A stretch of DNA of 63,289 bases, the filler included, from Octopus bimaculoides (lineage: Eukaryota): NCBI RefSeq assembly GCF_001194135.2. It is 6 parts of 5 records of this genome, joined end to end, with 100 filler letters (N's around TTAATTAATTAA, not from the genome) between each part and the next. Parts side by side here need not be neighbours in the genome. Positions count along the whole stretch, not along the records: positions 1 to 17,262 come from NC_069002.1; positions 17,363 to 42,140 come from NC_068987.1; 4 more parts are not named here. One strand, 5' to 3'. The stretch's first letter is position 1. Every line of letters begins with the position of its first letter. Of the stretch, positions 12,290 to 24,799 are shown in pieces. The notes under the pieces were generated by a model that ran no database searches, was not told the DNA's origin, and saw nothing but the letters and a program-made list of their open reading frames with translations. The position numbers were made by a program, and so were the translations under genes.

Positions 12290-12480
12290 TATCGAATTTA
12301 CAGAAAACAAAAGACGAAGACAGGTGAGGGAACAAGAAGCTGGTGTACTAGCCTGACCCTCGGGAAGAGAATGGAAATGTCTTTGACGTTTCGAGCTTTC
12401 GCTCTTCGACAGAAAGTACTGAGAGGGAGTGAAAAAGAGGGAGAACGAAAAATAAAAACGAAGAGAGAACAAGGTGTGTA
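12290..12480 (-). mobile_element. Penelope-like element terminal (pLTR-type) fragment ending in (TA)n
   Basis: Contains a minimal hammerhead-like motif and runs into (TA)n, the typical PLE end architecture. Confidence 0.55.
12379..12417 (-). ncRNA. Minimal type I hammerhead ribozyme-like motif (core variant CUGUCGA)
   Basis: Minus strand ACUUU-CUGUCGA-A-GAGC-GAAA-GCUC-GAAA-C-GUC-AAAG: stem I CUUU/AAAG, perfect stem II with GNRA loop, palindromic ACGU stem III, GUC cleavage triplet. Confidence 0.65.
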
Positions 12481-12781
12481 AGGATTAACGGTTCAATATG
12501 ATGACAATATATATGTGCGTGCGCATGTGTGTGTGTGTTTGTTCGTGCGTGTGTGCGTGCGTGTTTCTGTGCATGTGTGTCTGTCTGTGTATGCTTGTTT
12601 TTGTATGTGTGCGTGTGTGTGTGTGTGTGTATGTATGTGTGTGCGTGTGCGTATACATCCCACACAAACATACGTCCACGCACGCATACATTCACAGTAA
12701 ACATGGATACATGCACAAACACAGTTGTTATATACACTTATACATGTTTACGGGTGCGTATGCGTGCATATCTATGTGTAT

Positions 12782-12823
<42 letters not shown>

Positions 12824-13033
12824 TTATGTGTGATGGGTGCACTTATCAGAATACAAAAGTGACATTGCTAGAGTAAATACAGAGACAGCGGGGGTGGTGG
12901 AGGCGACGTCTGTCATGTCTGTTTTATCAGTGATGTATATAATTGTGGTTTTTTTATCTCTTCTGGTTTACCACTCGACATTAACATGTATAGTGGAGGG
13001 GAAGGCGGACTAAATTACGATTGGTAGAGTCAA

Positions 13034-13077
<44 letters not shown>

Positions 13078-14126
13078 CGACGATGATGATGACGATGATG
13101 ATGACGATGACGACAACGATGATGATGGTGAAAGTAAGATGATGATTGTAATGAGGAAAATGACGACAATGATGGTAGGGAGGAGGAGGGAGGAGGANNN
13201 NNNNNNNNNNNNNNNNNNNNNNNNNNNNNNNNNNNNNNNNNNNNNNNNNNNNNNNNNNNNNNNNNNNNNNNNNNNNNNNNNNNNNNNNNNNNNNNNNNNN
13301 NNNNNNNNNNNNNNNNNNNNNNNNNNNNNNNNNNNNNNNNNNNNNNNNNNNNNNNNNNNNNNNNNNNNNNNNNNNNNNNNNNNNNNNNNNNNNNNNNNNN
13401 NNNNNNNNNNNNNNNNNNNNNNNNNNNNNNNNNNNNNNNNNNNNNNNNNNNNNNNNNNNNNNNNNNNNNNNNNNNNNNNNNNNNNNNNNNNNNNNNNNNN
13501 NNNNNNNNNNNNNNNNNNNNNNNNNNNNNNNNNNNNNNNNNNNNNNNNNNNNNNNNNNNNNNNNNNNNNNNNNNNNNNNNNNNNNNNNNNNNNNNNNNNN
13601 NNNNNNNNNNNNNNNNNNNNNNNNNNNNNNNNNNNNNNNNNNNNNNNNNNNNNNNNNNNNNNNNNNNNNNNNNNNNNNNNNNNNNNNNNNNNNNNNNNNN
13701 NNNNNNNNNNNNNNNNNNNNNNNNNNNNNNNNNNNNNNNNNNNNNNNNNNNNNNNNNNNNNNNNNNNNNNNNNNNNNNNNNNNNNNNNNNNNNNNNNNNN
13801 NNNNNNNNNNNNNNNNNNNNNNNNNNNNNNNNNNNNNNNNNNNNNNNNNNNNNNNNNNNNNNNNNNNNNNNNNNNNNNNNNNNNNNNNNNNNNNNNNNNN
13901 NNNNNNNNNNNNNNNNNNNNNNNNNNNNNNNNNNNNNNNNNNNNNNNNNNNNNNNNNNNNNNNNNNNNNNNNNNNNNNNNNNNNNNNNNNNNNNNNNNNN
14001 NNNNNNNNNNNNNNNNNNNNNNNNNNNNNNNNNNNNNNNNNNNNNNNNNNNNNNNNNNNNNNNNNNNNNNNNNNNNNNNNNNNNNNNNNNNNNNNNNNNN
14101 NNNNNNNNNNNNNNNNNNNNNNNNNN

Positions 14127-14188
<62 letters not shown>

Positions 14189-15956
14189 TTCATATATATA
14201 ATTTCAATACGGAGCAAATAATTCACAAAAAATATTAGTCCCCGAAATTTCGGCGCAAAACGAATCTGTCGCAGCGCGGATTTCAACACGACGGGTTGGG
14301 ATTCTCTTCCTTGTTAATTCACTTCTGTCTTCATTAAAAGTCTTCTACCCATTTGTTTTCTTTCAATTCAAATTCGTATCCTTTCTTCGCAATCTGTATT
14401 TTAGCCTTGCCCCCACCCCCACCCCAGTCTTCGTTCTCTCTTAACTGTTCTTCTCTCGCTTCTGTTTTGCATTTTTCTCCAACACCAACCATCGTCCTAC
14501 CATCCTTTCAGTTTCTTCTCTGATTTTCTTTCAACGACTTATAACGATTTCAAGTGCAAAATACACATTGTCTCCATCATAGACTCCAAAGTTGAAACAA
14601 AAACCGTGCATTATAGATATAGTCACACATACACAAGTATGTATATATGTGTGTACATGCTTGTATGCATGTATGTAATTATGTTTGTAATACATACATA
14701 CATACATAAGATCGGANNNNNNNNNNNNNNNNNNNNNNNNNNNNNNNNNNNNNNNNNNNNNNNNNNNNNNNNNNNNNNNNNNNNNNNNNNNNNNNCATGT
14801 TTATATACATACACACATGTATATAATTGTATTCATATCATATCCATATACATATATGCATGTATAGGTGTGAGTGTATGTGTCTGCATAAGTAAATCTT
14901 AAGACAAACAAGTGTTGGTGATAAAATATAAACAAGTTAAACTAAATCTATTTTAACTAATGCTCCTCTATATATCGCTTTATCTAGACTGCACTTACGA
15001 AGTTTCTGTCTCACCTATTATCAACTTCTATTACACAACGTAACTCATATGAAGACATTGTGAAATAATATGACACCTTGTAATTGGTGGTTAGAGTCAG
15101 TGTAATATATAGCATTACATATATGCATATATATGTGTGTGTCAGTGTGTTGGTTTGTGTGTATCTGCATGTGTATATATAAATATATGTACATATATAT
15201 ATATATATATATATAACTACATATATACATATGTATATATATGCAAATATTTGCATATATGTATATACATCCATAAATTTAGACACAATATATATATGTA
15301 TGAATATATATATGTGTGTGTGTGTATCTTCGGTGGATCTCGAAGCACATAGAGCTATAGAATATGGCATGTACATTTTGGGTTGAAAAACGCTTTTTTG
15401 CATCTACTGTTCCAAAAAAGAATTAATCTACCTTCTCTCGAATTTTTATGACCTTAGCAATATGTATGTGTGAGTGGTGTGTGTGGGGGTGTACCTACAC
15501 ACATACATACATACTCATCAATCCCAACGAATATGCATAAACATATACGCACACATTCGCGCATACACAATTGATTTAACTTGTAACACGCATTGAAGCA
15601 TTGTGCCATTATTAGCATACAATAAATTATAAAGATTATATTATCTCTTTAAATCACTTCGTTTATAGCTAGCAATTAAATACTCTCATATAATTAATAG
15701 CATCTTATCAATTAGTTTGTATGATAAAGATGATAATGGATTGGGTACAAACCAAGCAAATGAAGTCGAGATAAACCGACGGAGACGTCAATTGCTGAAC
15801 AGGGTTATATTTTATTTAGCTGGGATAAGAATGACAAGGCATTAATCTATAGTAAATCTGCTAAAATGGCCAGGTTGATCTGGCTGGTATTCACTGTAAA
15901 CTCTAGCTAATGCGGCACAAAAGCAAACACACAAGCTAATAATTGTTATTATTGAC

Positions 15957-16085
15957 GGCGGTTTTAAGGCTGGGGGCTGGCAGAATCGTTAGCAAGCCAG
16001 AAAAAATGCTTATCGTTATTTCATCCCTCTTCAAGTTCTGAGTTAAAAATCCACCGAGGTCGAAAATACCCTTCATCGCAATCCT
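15957..16085 (+). mobile_element. SINE family A, 5' part
   Basis: gctggcagaatcgttagcaagccagaaaaaatgctta..gttctgagttaaaaatccaccgaggtcga. Confidence 0.65.
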
Positions 16086-16147
16086 TCGATGTATATATTG
16101 ATATATATATATTGATATATATATTGATATATATTGTTATAGACAGG

Positions 16148-16178
<31 letters not shown>

Positions 16179-16207
16179 AGTTTGAAGATACACACACATA
16201 TATATAG

Positions 16208-16244
<37 letters not shown>

Positions 16245-17203
16245 CTTGTGCGTGCGCTCAGAAACGCGGACCCACAAAACACGTATACTTATATGCATAT
16301 ATAGAGACACTAGCTCATACAAAGTATACTCATAATATTGACATTTCGCTGTCAAACTAATTATAGATCTAGATACAATAACGTTATTAATTATAAGCAA
16401 ATGATAGAAAAAAAGTTGTGTCTATCATTTTCATATCTTTAATTTCACCTTGTAACATTTTATTATTTGGCATTCAAAGCTAACATTTTCCTGAACAAAT
16501 AATTGCAAAATATTTTAATTATATCTCAAGAGAAAATGTCAAATATTTTGTTTGTTAAATACACACAATTCAATTTTAGTTATTTTCCACCAAATTATGC
16601 TGCTGAGGTGAAGGTGGATGGTTTGTAGGTGATGCTGTTGCTGGCAAGAACGTACTTTCGATACAGGACCAGGTCGTTGCGTTGTCTTCGTGAGCAATGC
16701 ATTTTTTTTTCACCTTACTGCTGTCCACTCACCTATAAATGATCAAGCCTGCGACGGACTGGCGTGTCAGTGAAGCCCCTAGCAAAAGAAGGTGCCTTGA
16801 TTAGTAACCCTTTCGATATAGACGAGTAAACGCTGACTGTGTCGAATCGAGGGAACCTTTCTCCACCCCTCGCCGAGTTGGCATTAAACCATGCAACATC
16901 AACCCACTGGGGTGGGGTGATGTTGCAATCTCTGTGACATTAATCGCCATAGAAAACCGGGTAACCGGCCCTACGAGACAGTAATGACTGTGAGAAGTTC
17001 TTTACTTGAAGGGTTGACCGCTCATTAAATAAACAAGCATCTAGCAGGTTAATACAGCATTAGGGTCTCAAGTCTCATCACTTCTCTAAATGCATTTTAT
17101 GTCAGGTACATTGATATGGATGTGAAACAATATGCATATATGTGTACATGTATATATGCGTATGAATATACATGTATATGTATATATGCATATATTTGAA
17201 CAC

Positions 17204-17262
<59 letters not shown>

Positions 17263-17306
17263 NNNNNNNNNNNNNNNNNNNNNNNNNNNNNNNNNNNNNN
17301 NNNNNN

Positions 17307-17318
17307 TTAATTAATTAA
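17307..17318. other. Scaffolding linker TTAATTAATTAA inside an N gap (also 42185-42196, 49505-49516, 57862-57873, 61195-61206)
   Basis: An identical 12-mer giving stops in all six frames sits in the middle of five N runs. Confidence 0.9.
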
Positions 17319-17381
17319 NNNNNNNNNNNNNNNNNNNNNNNNNNNNNNNNNNNNNNNNNNNNTCATCGTCATGATCATAGC

Positions 17382-17443
<62 letters not shown>

Positions 17444-17937
17444 GCAGTAGGAAGAGCTGCATTCCCAGCCCCAGCACAGCATCAGCAGCAGTACATTGAT
17501 AACTATAAGTATAATTGTTATTAATATTGTTATTTTCCTTGCTGCATGCTGTTGCTACTTTTTAACTTTTTACATTATCATTAGTGCTATTAAATGTTCT
17601 TCTTCTTCTTCTTCTTCATCATCATCATCTTCTTCTTCTTCTTCTTCTTCTTCTTCTTCTTCTTCTTCTTCTTCTTCTTCTTCTTCTTCTTCTTCTTCTT
17701 CATCATCATCATCNNNNNNNNNNNNNNNNNNNNNNNNNNNNNNNNNNNNNNNNNNNNNNNNNNNNNNNNNNNNNNNNNNNNNNNNNNNNNNNNNNNNNNN
17801 NNNNNNNNNNNNNNNNNNNNNNNNNNNNNNNNNNNNNNNNNNNNNNNNNNNNNNNNNNNNNNNNNNNNNNNNNNNNNNNNNNNNNNNNNNNNNNNNNNNN
17901 NNNNNNNNNNNNNNNNNNNNNNNNNNNNNNNNNNNNA

Positions 17938-17981
<44 letters not shown>

Positions 17982-18005
17982 GTACCATCATCATCATCAG
18001 CATCG

Positions 18006-18037
<32 letters not shown>

Positions 18038-19599
18038 GTTGTTGTTGTTGTTTTTGTTGTTGTTGTTGTTGTTGTTATTGTTGTTGTTATTTTTGCAGTT
18101 GCTGCTGCTGCCGCTGCTGCAGCTACCACTACTACTATTGCTAGCAATAGTATTGGTATGATAATACCGATGATCTAGAATATGAGGATGGCAAAGTGAT
18201 GATGATGATGAGGAGGAGGACGATGATGATGATGTGGAGCAGGGGGAGGAGTAGCAGGAATAGGAGGGGGATGAGGCGTGTGGTGATGATCAACGACAAT
18301 TATAGAATGATAATAGAAACATTAGGTTATAGAATTCTTGTACGATACCAAGTGTATTAAATTATTAAGTTATCGCTAAAATATAAATAAAATTGGACTG
18401 CCGTTTTGGCAGCTTAAAACATTAAGTTTAGAGAAAATTTATTAATTCATTTATTACTACAACATTTTTGCTGTTGTTTTTATTTTACTACTGATGTTGT
18501 TGTTATTGTTGCTCCAAATTTTTGTTTCGATAATCTACTGGAACAGCTCAACTTCCGATGTTAAATTGTTTCCCTTGAGAAAAAGGTATCAACTTTATTC
18601 AATGGTTTTCTCTTTTGTATTACAATTTTTTTTATCTCTTCCATTCAAGTTTTGTTAGAAATTATAATTTGATTACTAATTTTGAATTCGTCTGGAGTCT
18701 AATTTAGCTTTCATCTCTCTAAGATTGATTGATTAGATACCAGTAATTTACTATGAGAATAAATACGGATCAGCTCTAACGAGTCATAATGTGGAGTTCT
18801 TTCTTCTTTTTTTTTCTTAAAGAACAGTAACAAATAAAAGTAATCGAAGAAATGACAAAGCTGCAATCGTTCTTGGTCGTGAACTTCTTCATATTTATCA
18901 TCGTCGCGGTACATATTTATTTTGCTCCACCTTGTCTTTGTCATCCTCCTGTTCNNNNNNNNNNNNNNNNNNNNNNNNNNNNNNNNNNNNNNNNNNNNNN
19001 NNNNNNNNNNNNNNNNNNNNNNNNNNNNNNNNNNNNNNNNNNNNNNNNNNNNNNNNNNNNNNNNNNNNNNNNNNNNNNNNNNNNNNNNNNNNNNNNNNNN
19101 NNNNNNNNNNNNNNNNNNNNNNNNNNNNNNNNNNNNNNNNNNNNNNNNNNNNNNNNNNNNNNNNNNNNNNNNNNNNNNNNNNNNNNNNNNNNNNNNNNNN
19201 NNNNNNNNNNNNNNNNNNNNNNNNNNNNNNNNNNNNNNNNNNNNNNNNNNNNNNNNNNNNNNNNNNNNNNNNNNNNNNNNNNNNNNNNNNNNNNNNNNNN
19301 NNNNNNNNNNNNNNNNNNNNNNNNNNNNNNNNNNNNNNNNNNNNNNNNNNNNNNNNNNNNNNNNNNNNNNNNNNNNNNNNNNNNNNNNNNNNNNNNNNNN
19401 NNNNNNNNNNNNNNNNNNNNNNNNNNNNNNNNNNNNNNNNNNNNNNNNNNNNNNNNNNNNNNNNNNNNNNNNNNNNNNNNNNNNNNNNNNNNNNNNNNNN
19501 NNNNNNNNNNNNNNNNNNNNNNNNNNNNNNNNNNNNNNNNNNNNNNNNNNNNNNNNNNNNNNNNNNNNNNCATCATCATCAATGTTATTTGTCAAAAGG

Positions 19600-20080
19600 G
19601 ATTATTTCAATTATTTAGTAAAATTAGATGGAAATGAAACCACAATTTACGTGATTACAATAACTGATATCTTACGACTGAGAAGAAAATTGTTTATAAA
19701 AACAAATAGTAGATAGTGCCGGTAACATGAGGTCGACTTTTAAGGATAGGAATTATTGTTTCTCGATTCAACCTCAGTATATTGTTGATGCTTTGAGATG
19801 GAATAAAATCATGCAAAATAAATACAATAAGGGTGAATTCTACATATATCTGGGCCAAGAAGGAAGCTTCGAAGCGGTAGTTCGATTGTTGAGGCAAGTC
19901 CTAAAATCGTAAAACATAAAAAAAAAAACAGAAGGTCATATTGGATAATGTGGTTAACAATGTGTCATTCTTGAAAATAAATCTATCGGTTGGTAGCTTG
20001 AGTGCATTTGGTATAATTAGAACTGCTACTTTGTGCGGAATGACATAAAAATAAACAGGAACATCAAAAAATAATGTCAT
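19600..20080 (+). mobile_element. Possible highly decayed non-LTR RT fragment (R4/Dong-like)
   Basis: KGEFYIYLGQE..VRLLRQVLKS* resembles the YKYLG..E..R.R.ILKSEL region of RLE-type LINE RTs; otherwise degenerate. Confidence 0.3.
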
Positions 20081-20737
20081 CATCGTCATAAACAACGTCA
20101 TCATCTTCTGCGTCGTTGTCGTCGACACCCTCCTCCTCTTCCTCTTTTTTTATAGAACTATGGGCTTTCTTTTTTACTTACTGAACGTATGAGGTCTCTT
20201 TTTGCAGGAGCTGATGCGGAAAATGAGAGACATGCTATGAGCATTAGAGGCGTGGTATAAATTTTTGTCAAAGAGTCGTTTCTGTTTAAGTCATGCAATG
20301 CCAAGCTGGTGTCATTAAACTGAGAAACATACCAGCTCTGTCACTCAAGAACAGCCAACATTACCTTACAAATTACCTCACAGCTTTCGTTTGTTTTATT
20401 TCATTATAAATGTTTGAATCAACCCGAAGCTACGCTAGAAGACAAGTTACTTTCCCAAGATGTGCGCTCTGCGATTGAAGTCACAACAACGTGGATGGGA
20501 AATGAACTTCTTGACAAGACAGTACTTTCTGTGAACATCGTAACTATACGGCCAGGTTTTGCTAGTGTATAATAGTATAAAGCTTCATTATATTGCCGAT
20601 ATTTGATTAAACAGCACACGATAGATGAATAGCAATGTTCTCTGCAAAGGAAAAAAGAAAATGATCGCTCTACAACGCCATGAAGGATGAAAATATTATG
20701 AACAAGAAATCATTCCACCAAACCTTATCGTTGTCCT

Positions 20738-21190
20738 CTATTGATACTGACAAATGCAAGAAAATGGCGCCATGCATTCAAAGGATAGAATTAAAAATGG
20801 AACGAAATGGAGTTGAATCTGAAATATTTTAGTTCTGTCTCTAATGTATTGAATAAATAGATTCGACTTTGGCCATGTGACTATCAAAGCAGCTTTAAGA
20901 TAAGAAAACAGGTCTAAGAACGTGTTTCGAAATATTGATTCATTTCGTGGTAAGAGACACTTGGTTTGATGTATTAGGGAATATTGCTGTGAGATACCGA
21001 AACATTTATGTCCAAGGCCATTAGGAGTGTAATCGAAATACATTTCCATAATGGAGAATAAAAACCTCGTTGAGATCGTGCCAAAGAAGGGAGCAACACC
21101 TTGGCATGAAGAACAAACAATAAAATAAAGTGAAATGGTCCCCAAAAGAATGGCAACTATTATTACATTTAAAGGTGCCAATGATAACAT
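20738..21190 (-). pseudogene. Candidate decayed hydrophobic ORF, paralogous to about 25080-25478
   Basis: Both copies read MLSLA.LNV..STRF.FSIMEMYF.YTPNG.G.K.F.IS.QYSL..C.LPRN.SI..NT.FL.LFSY.KA.L with an in-frame 3 nt indel; family not recognised. Confidence 0.3.
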
Positions 21191-21344
21191 TTGTTTCTGT
21201 AGTTTAAACTGACATGTAATAGGCCTAGGTTCTGTTGGCTATAATGCTGAATATTATCTACAAATACATTACAAATAATACAAAATCAGTCAGACATTCC
21301 TCGAATATATCCCTCTCCCCAAAAGACGGTCATTGTGGATTTTT

Positions 21345-21525
21345 AAATATTCTTTCTACTCTAGGCACGACGAAATATTTGCGGAGGAGACTTATCGATT
21401 AAATCAACCACAGCACGTAACTGGTACATATTTTATCGACCCCGAAAGGGTGAAAGGTAGAGCTATTTCGACGAAATTTGAGTGCAAAACGTAAAGACAA
21501 ACGAAATGATGATTAACATTTACCG
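21345..21525 (-). mobile_element. SINE family A, degenerate
   Basis: aactggtacatattttatcgaccccgaaagggtgaaaggtagagc..tttgagtgcaaaacgtaaagacaaacgaaatg. Confidence 0.7.
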
Positions 21526-21603
21526 CGGCGTAATAAAGACTGTGACAGCTTGCTGCCTTTTTGGACCATTAAATATCAGAGAGCAATTTACAAAGATAAC
21601 TAC

Positions 21604-22348
21604 TACGGAGGTCGGCTGAAAAGTACATAAGTTGACCAAGATATTCTCATGAAATGTGACCAAATGAGGTTTGTTTTTCAACATAGTCCCCCTTGCAATC
21701 ATTGGATTGTCTCTTTGTCTCTGACTGAATGCTATGAACCCAACCAGTTGGATTTGCCTCAGACAATGTCAAAGTTTCCCATGATCTCATCAGCCTGGTG
21801 TGCTTTTGATGAGGTGTCAGAAGATATGGCAGCCACCGAACAGAAACCTTTGTCATGCGAAGTTCATTGTACAAAATAACCTCAACACTCTCGTGGTATA
21901 TACTAATAGCATTAGCTATTTGATTTATCCTGTTATTCATCACCATGTGATGAACACGATCAATGTTTTCCTGTGTGGTTGCAGTTTCAGGACGACCAAA
22001 CTTTAGGTCATCAAGACTCTCCATTCCCCTCCTAAATTCAGTTGCCCGCTTTTGCACTGGTGATAAATTTGGAGCGTTACCTCCTAATTTAGTAACCATG
22101 TCAGCATGAATGCCATTGATGACTAAGCGCTTTTTCTGCAGGCACTTGGTAACAACACGATGCCAAATTTTGTCGACTTTGAAGAGAAGTCGCTTCTAGT
22201 TACATTTGAAGTCAGATGTCAATTTAGCTGAAAGGAAATAATGCAGTTATTAATAATAAGGAGGGTTGAAACTAATGCATGCAAAATTACAAAGCTCTTA
22301 TATTATTCCTTTATGATCAGCTTATGAAGATTTAAGTTCACACTCATC
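21604..22348 (-). mobile_element. Internally deleted mariner transposon (N-terminal HTH remnant)
   Basis: DKIWHRVVTKCLQKK..IHADMVTKLGGNAP.LSPVQKRATEFRRG.ESLDD..GRPETATTQENIDRVHHMVM..KVSVRWLPYLLTPHQK; TIR-like tacggaggtcggctgaaaagtacataagttgacc at about 21604 and a degenerate match at about 22316-22348. Confidence 0.9.
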
Positions 22349-22709
22349 CCTCTCTTATCAAAACAATGACTGTTACATATCGTTTATGTTGACTACGATG
22401 GTACCAGATGTAGTAAATCTATACTTGCCACATCAATAAACTTGCTATAAGAAACTGGATTAGAATTCCTGCTTCTTGAAGCTAAACCTAAGGGAGCAGC
22501 AAAAACGAACAGATTGTTGTAACAAAAGACAATCATCCTGAACACCTACAAAAATGAATTAACGTGAGAGTATTGCTCAATAAAATGCATGAAACAGTCT
22601 AATCGTTTTCAAAATCATACAAGAAGCGCTCAGTGGTTAGTTTACTTCTGAATATACTATGTCACAAAGTATGAAGAGATGCTAATGTCAGGAAAGTTGT
22701 TAAATATAT

Positions 22710-23088
22710 TTGTTGGCACTCCGTCGCTTACGACGTCGAGGGTTCCAGTTGATCCGATCAACGGAACAGCCTGCTCGTGATATTAACGTGCAAGTGGTTG
22801 AGCACTCCACAGACACGTGCACCCTTAACGTAGTTCTCGGGGATATTCAGCGTGACACAGTATGACAAGGCTGACCCTTTGAATTACAGGCACAACAGAA
22901 ACAGGAAGTAAGAGAAAGTTGTGGTGAAAGAGTTACAGCAAGATTCACCACCATCCCCTGCCGGAACCTCGTGCAGCTTTAGGTATTTTCGCTCAATAAA
23001 TACCTAAAGCTCCACGAGCTGGGAACCGAAACCGCGATCCTAAGACCGCGAGTCCGCTGCCCTAACCACTGGGCCATTGCACCTCCAC
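22710..23088 (-). mobile_element. SINE family B, full length, 12 bp TSD TGTTAAATATAT
   Basis: tRNA-like head gtggaggtgcaatggcccagtggttagggcagcggactcgcgg; TSD at 22698-22709 and 23089-23100; near-identical to 45281-45671. Confidence 0.95.
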
Positions 23089-23274
23089 TGTTAAATATAT
23101 ATCAACTCAATAAAAGCAGACTCGAAGTTAAACACAACACTTAGAGAGTATGCACTGATAGCCAATGCTTCCGAGAATAGAATGTGTTGTAAAGAAACGT
23201 CATAAAAATTTTGATCTGGATTAATGGGTCAGACTAATTCACACCGTAGTGAATTAAAGTCAACAGATATATTC

Positions 23275-23668
23275 TTTTCTACTCTAGTCTCAAGGTCCGA
23301 AATTTGGGGGGAGGGGGCCAGGCGATTAGATCGACTCCAGTACGCAACTCAGAACGTAAACAGACGAAATACCGCTATGCATTTCGCCCGGTGTGCTAAC
23401 GTTTCGGCCAGCTCGCTGCCTTTGTCAACAGATATATTTATTTCTGTATTGCCCGCAGGTGTCCAAACATAGAGGGTACTAACAAGGTTATACAAAGGAA
23501 TTAAGTAGAATACACCGACCCCAGTGCATAACTGGTATTATTTAATCAACCTCGAAAGGATGAAAAGCATAGTCGAGCTCAGCGGAATTTGAACTCAGAA
23601 CGTAACGGCAGACGAAATACCGCTAAGTATTTCGCCTAGCGTGCTAACGATTCTGACAGTTCGCCACC
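23275..23668 (-). mobile_element. Two adjacent SINE family A copies
   Basis: actcagaacgtaaacagacgaaataccgctatgcatttcgcccggtgtgctaacg (about 23345-23405) and gaatttgaactcagaacgtaacggcagacgaaataccgctaagtatttcgcctagcgtgctaacgattctg (about 23585-23655). Confidence 0.85.
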
Positions 23669-24799
23669 CTTGTCAACGGATATATTAAAAGAAATATCTT
23701 CAATTCCTACACAAAAGACAGAAATGTTGCCTGTGTGCTGTATTTTCTGAAATGATTCACCACATATTCTTCAGATATCCTATACTACAATAACTATACT
23801 CAATGCACTGTGCGGTTCCCCAATTTAAGATTAACTTGTAATCATACGAATCTTCACCTGTTTAAAAATTATACAGTGAGAAGATACAATGTAAATTTAA
23901 CATATGGAAAGACCATCTGATAGCATATGTTAGGCATCCATTCCCACACGCATACATATATTTTGGGGTGATAAACAAACTATTTTTATTTGAAAAAATA
24001 CAACATAGAAGTTGTAAATAACACGATACCAAATCACCTATGTATGGGGATTTTATTGATGGTCAGGATAAAGCCTTTACTATCATAAAAAATGGAAAAA
24101 GCTAGAGAAAGAATACTGCCACATTTTATGCGAAATATGATCCTTTCCTTCTCTTCTTATCAATGTGTCAAATGACCGAACATGACACATACAAGCGCGC
24201 ACACAAACACACACGCACACACAAACACACACGCACACACAAACACACACGCACACACAAACGCATAAATATATGGATCTAGAGAGGTGGTGAAAAAGAG
24301 AATGAATGATAAAAGAGTGGTGAAACGCAGGCTTCTCCATAACACTAATGAATATAAAGTGCAAAGGGCAATTGAATGAATCGTTATTGTTCACAAGTTA
24401 TTCTAAACTAATGAAGGAAAGCGGCAAACTTATAACAGACTGATCTGACAAAGAATAGAAAAGAACGATTTTGTGGGAACGCAGTTCTGAGTTTCTATAT
24501 CAAATGAACTGTTGAAAATATGCAGGGTATTAGGAAGAAACAGTGTGTAGTGTATCAAGTAGAGATGGAATGTAATAAGTTTGTAGCTAGGATCCTTAGG
24601 CTGCAACTGGTTGCTAATGGAGTTGGATGGATAACAGGGTAGCGACTCTGAATTTGCGGAGTGGGGCAGAAAACCGTTCATCATATATAATACAGAGTTA
24701 TGTGAGAGAAGACCAAACTCAGCAAGCAATACAATAACTTATAATTGGGAGTTTCAAGCGGTTTCTTGCTTAGTGCGTTCGTTTCATCGATCACAAAAG

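Noticed and set aside
16560-17060. SINE-like segment with gcctgcgacggactggcgt and a small tgcaacatca/tgatgttgca hairpin
   Set aside because: Probably an old SINE, but no head, tail or second copy in the window defines it.
17307-17318. Recurrent TTAATTAATTAA 12-mer as a possible regulatory or recombination site
   Set aside because: It sits inside N runs five times and gives six-frame stops, so it is an assembly linker; only the 34.57 kb occurrence is in real sequence.
24160-24270. Regular (ACACACGCACACACAA)n units as a CRISPR-like array
   Set aside because: Compound microsatellite without unique spacers, in a eukaryotic context.
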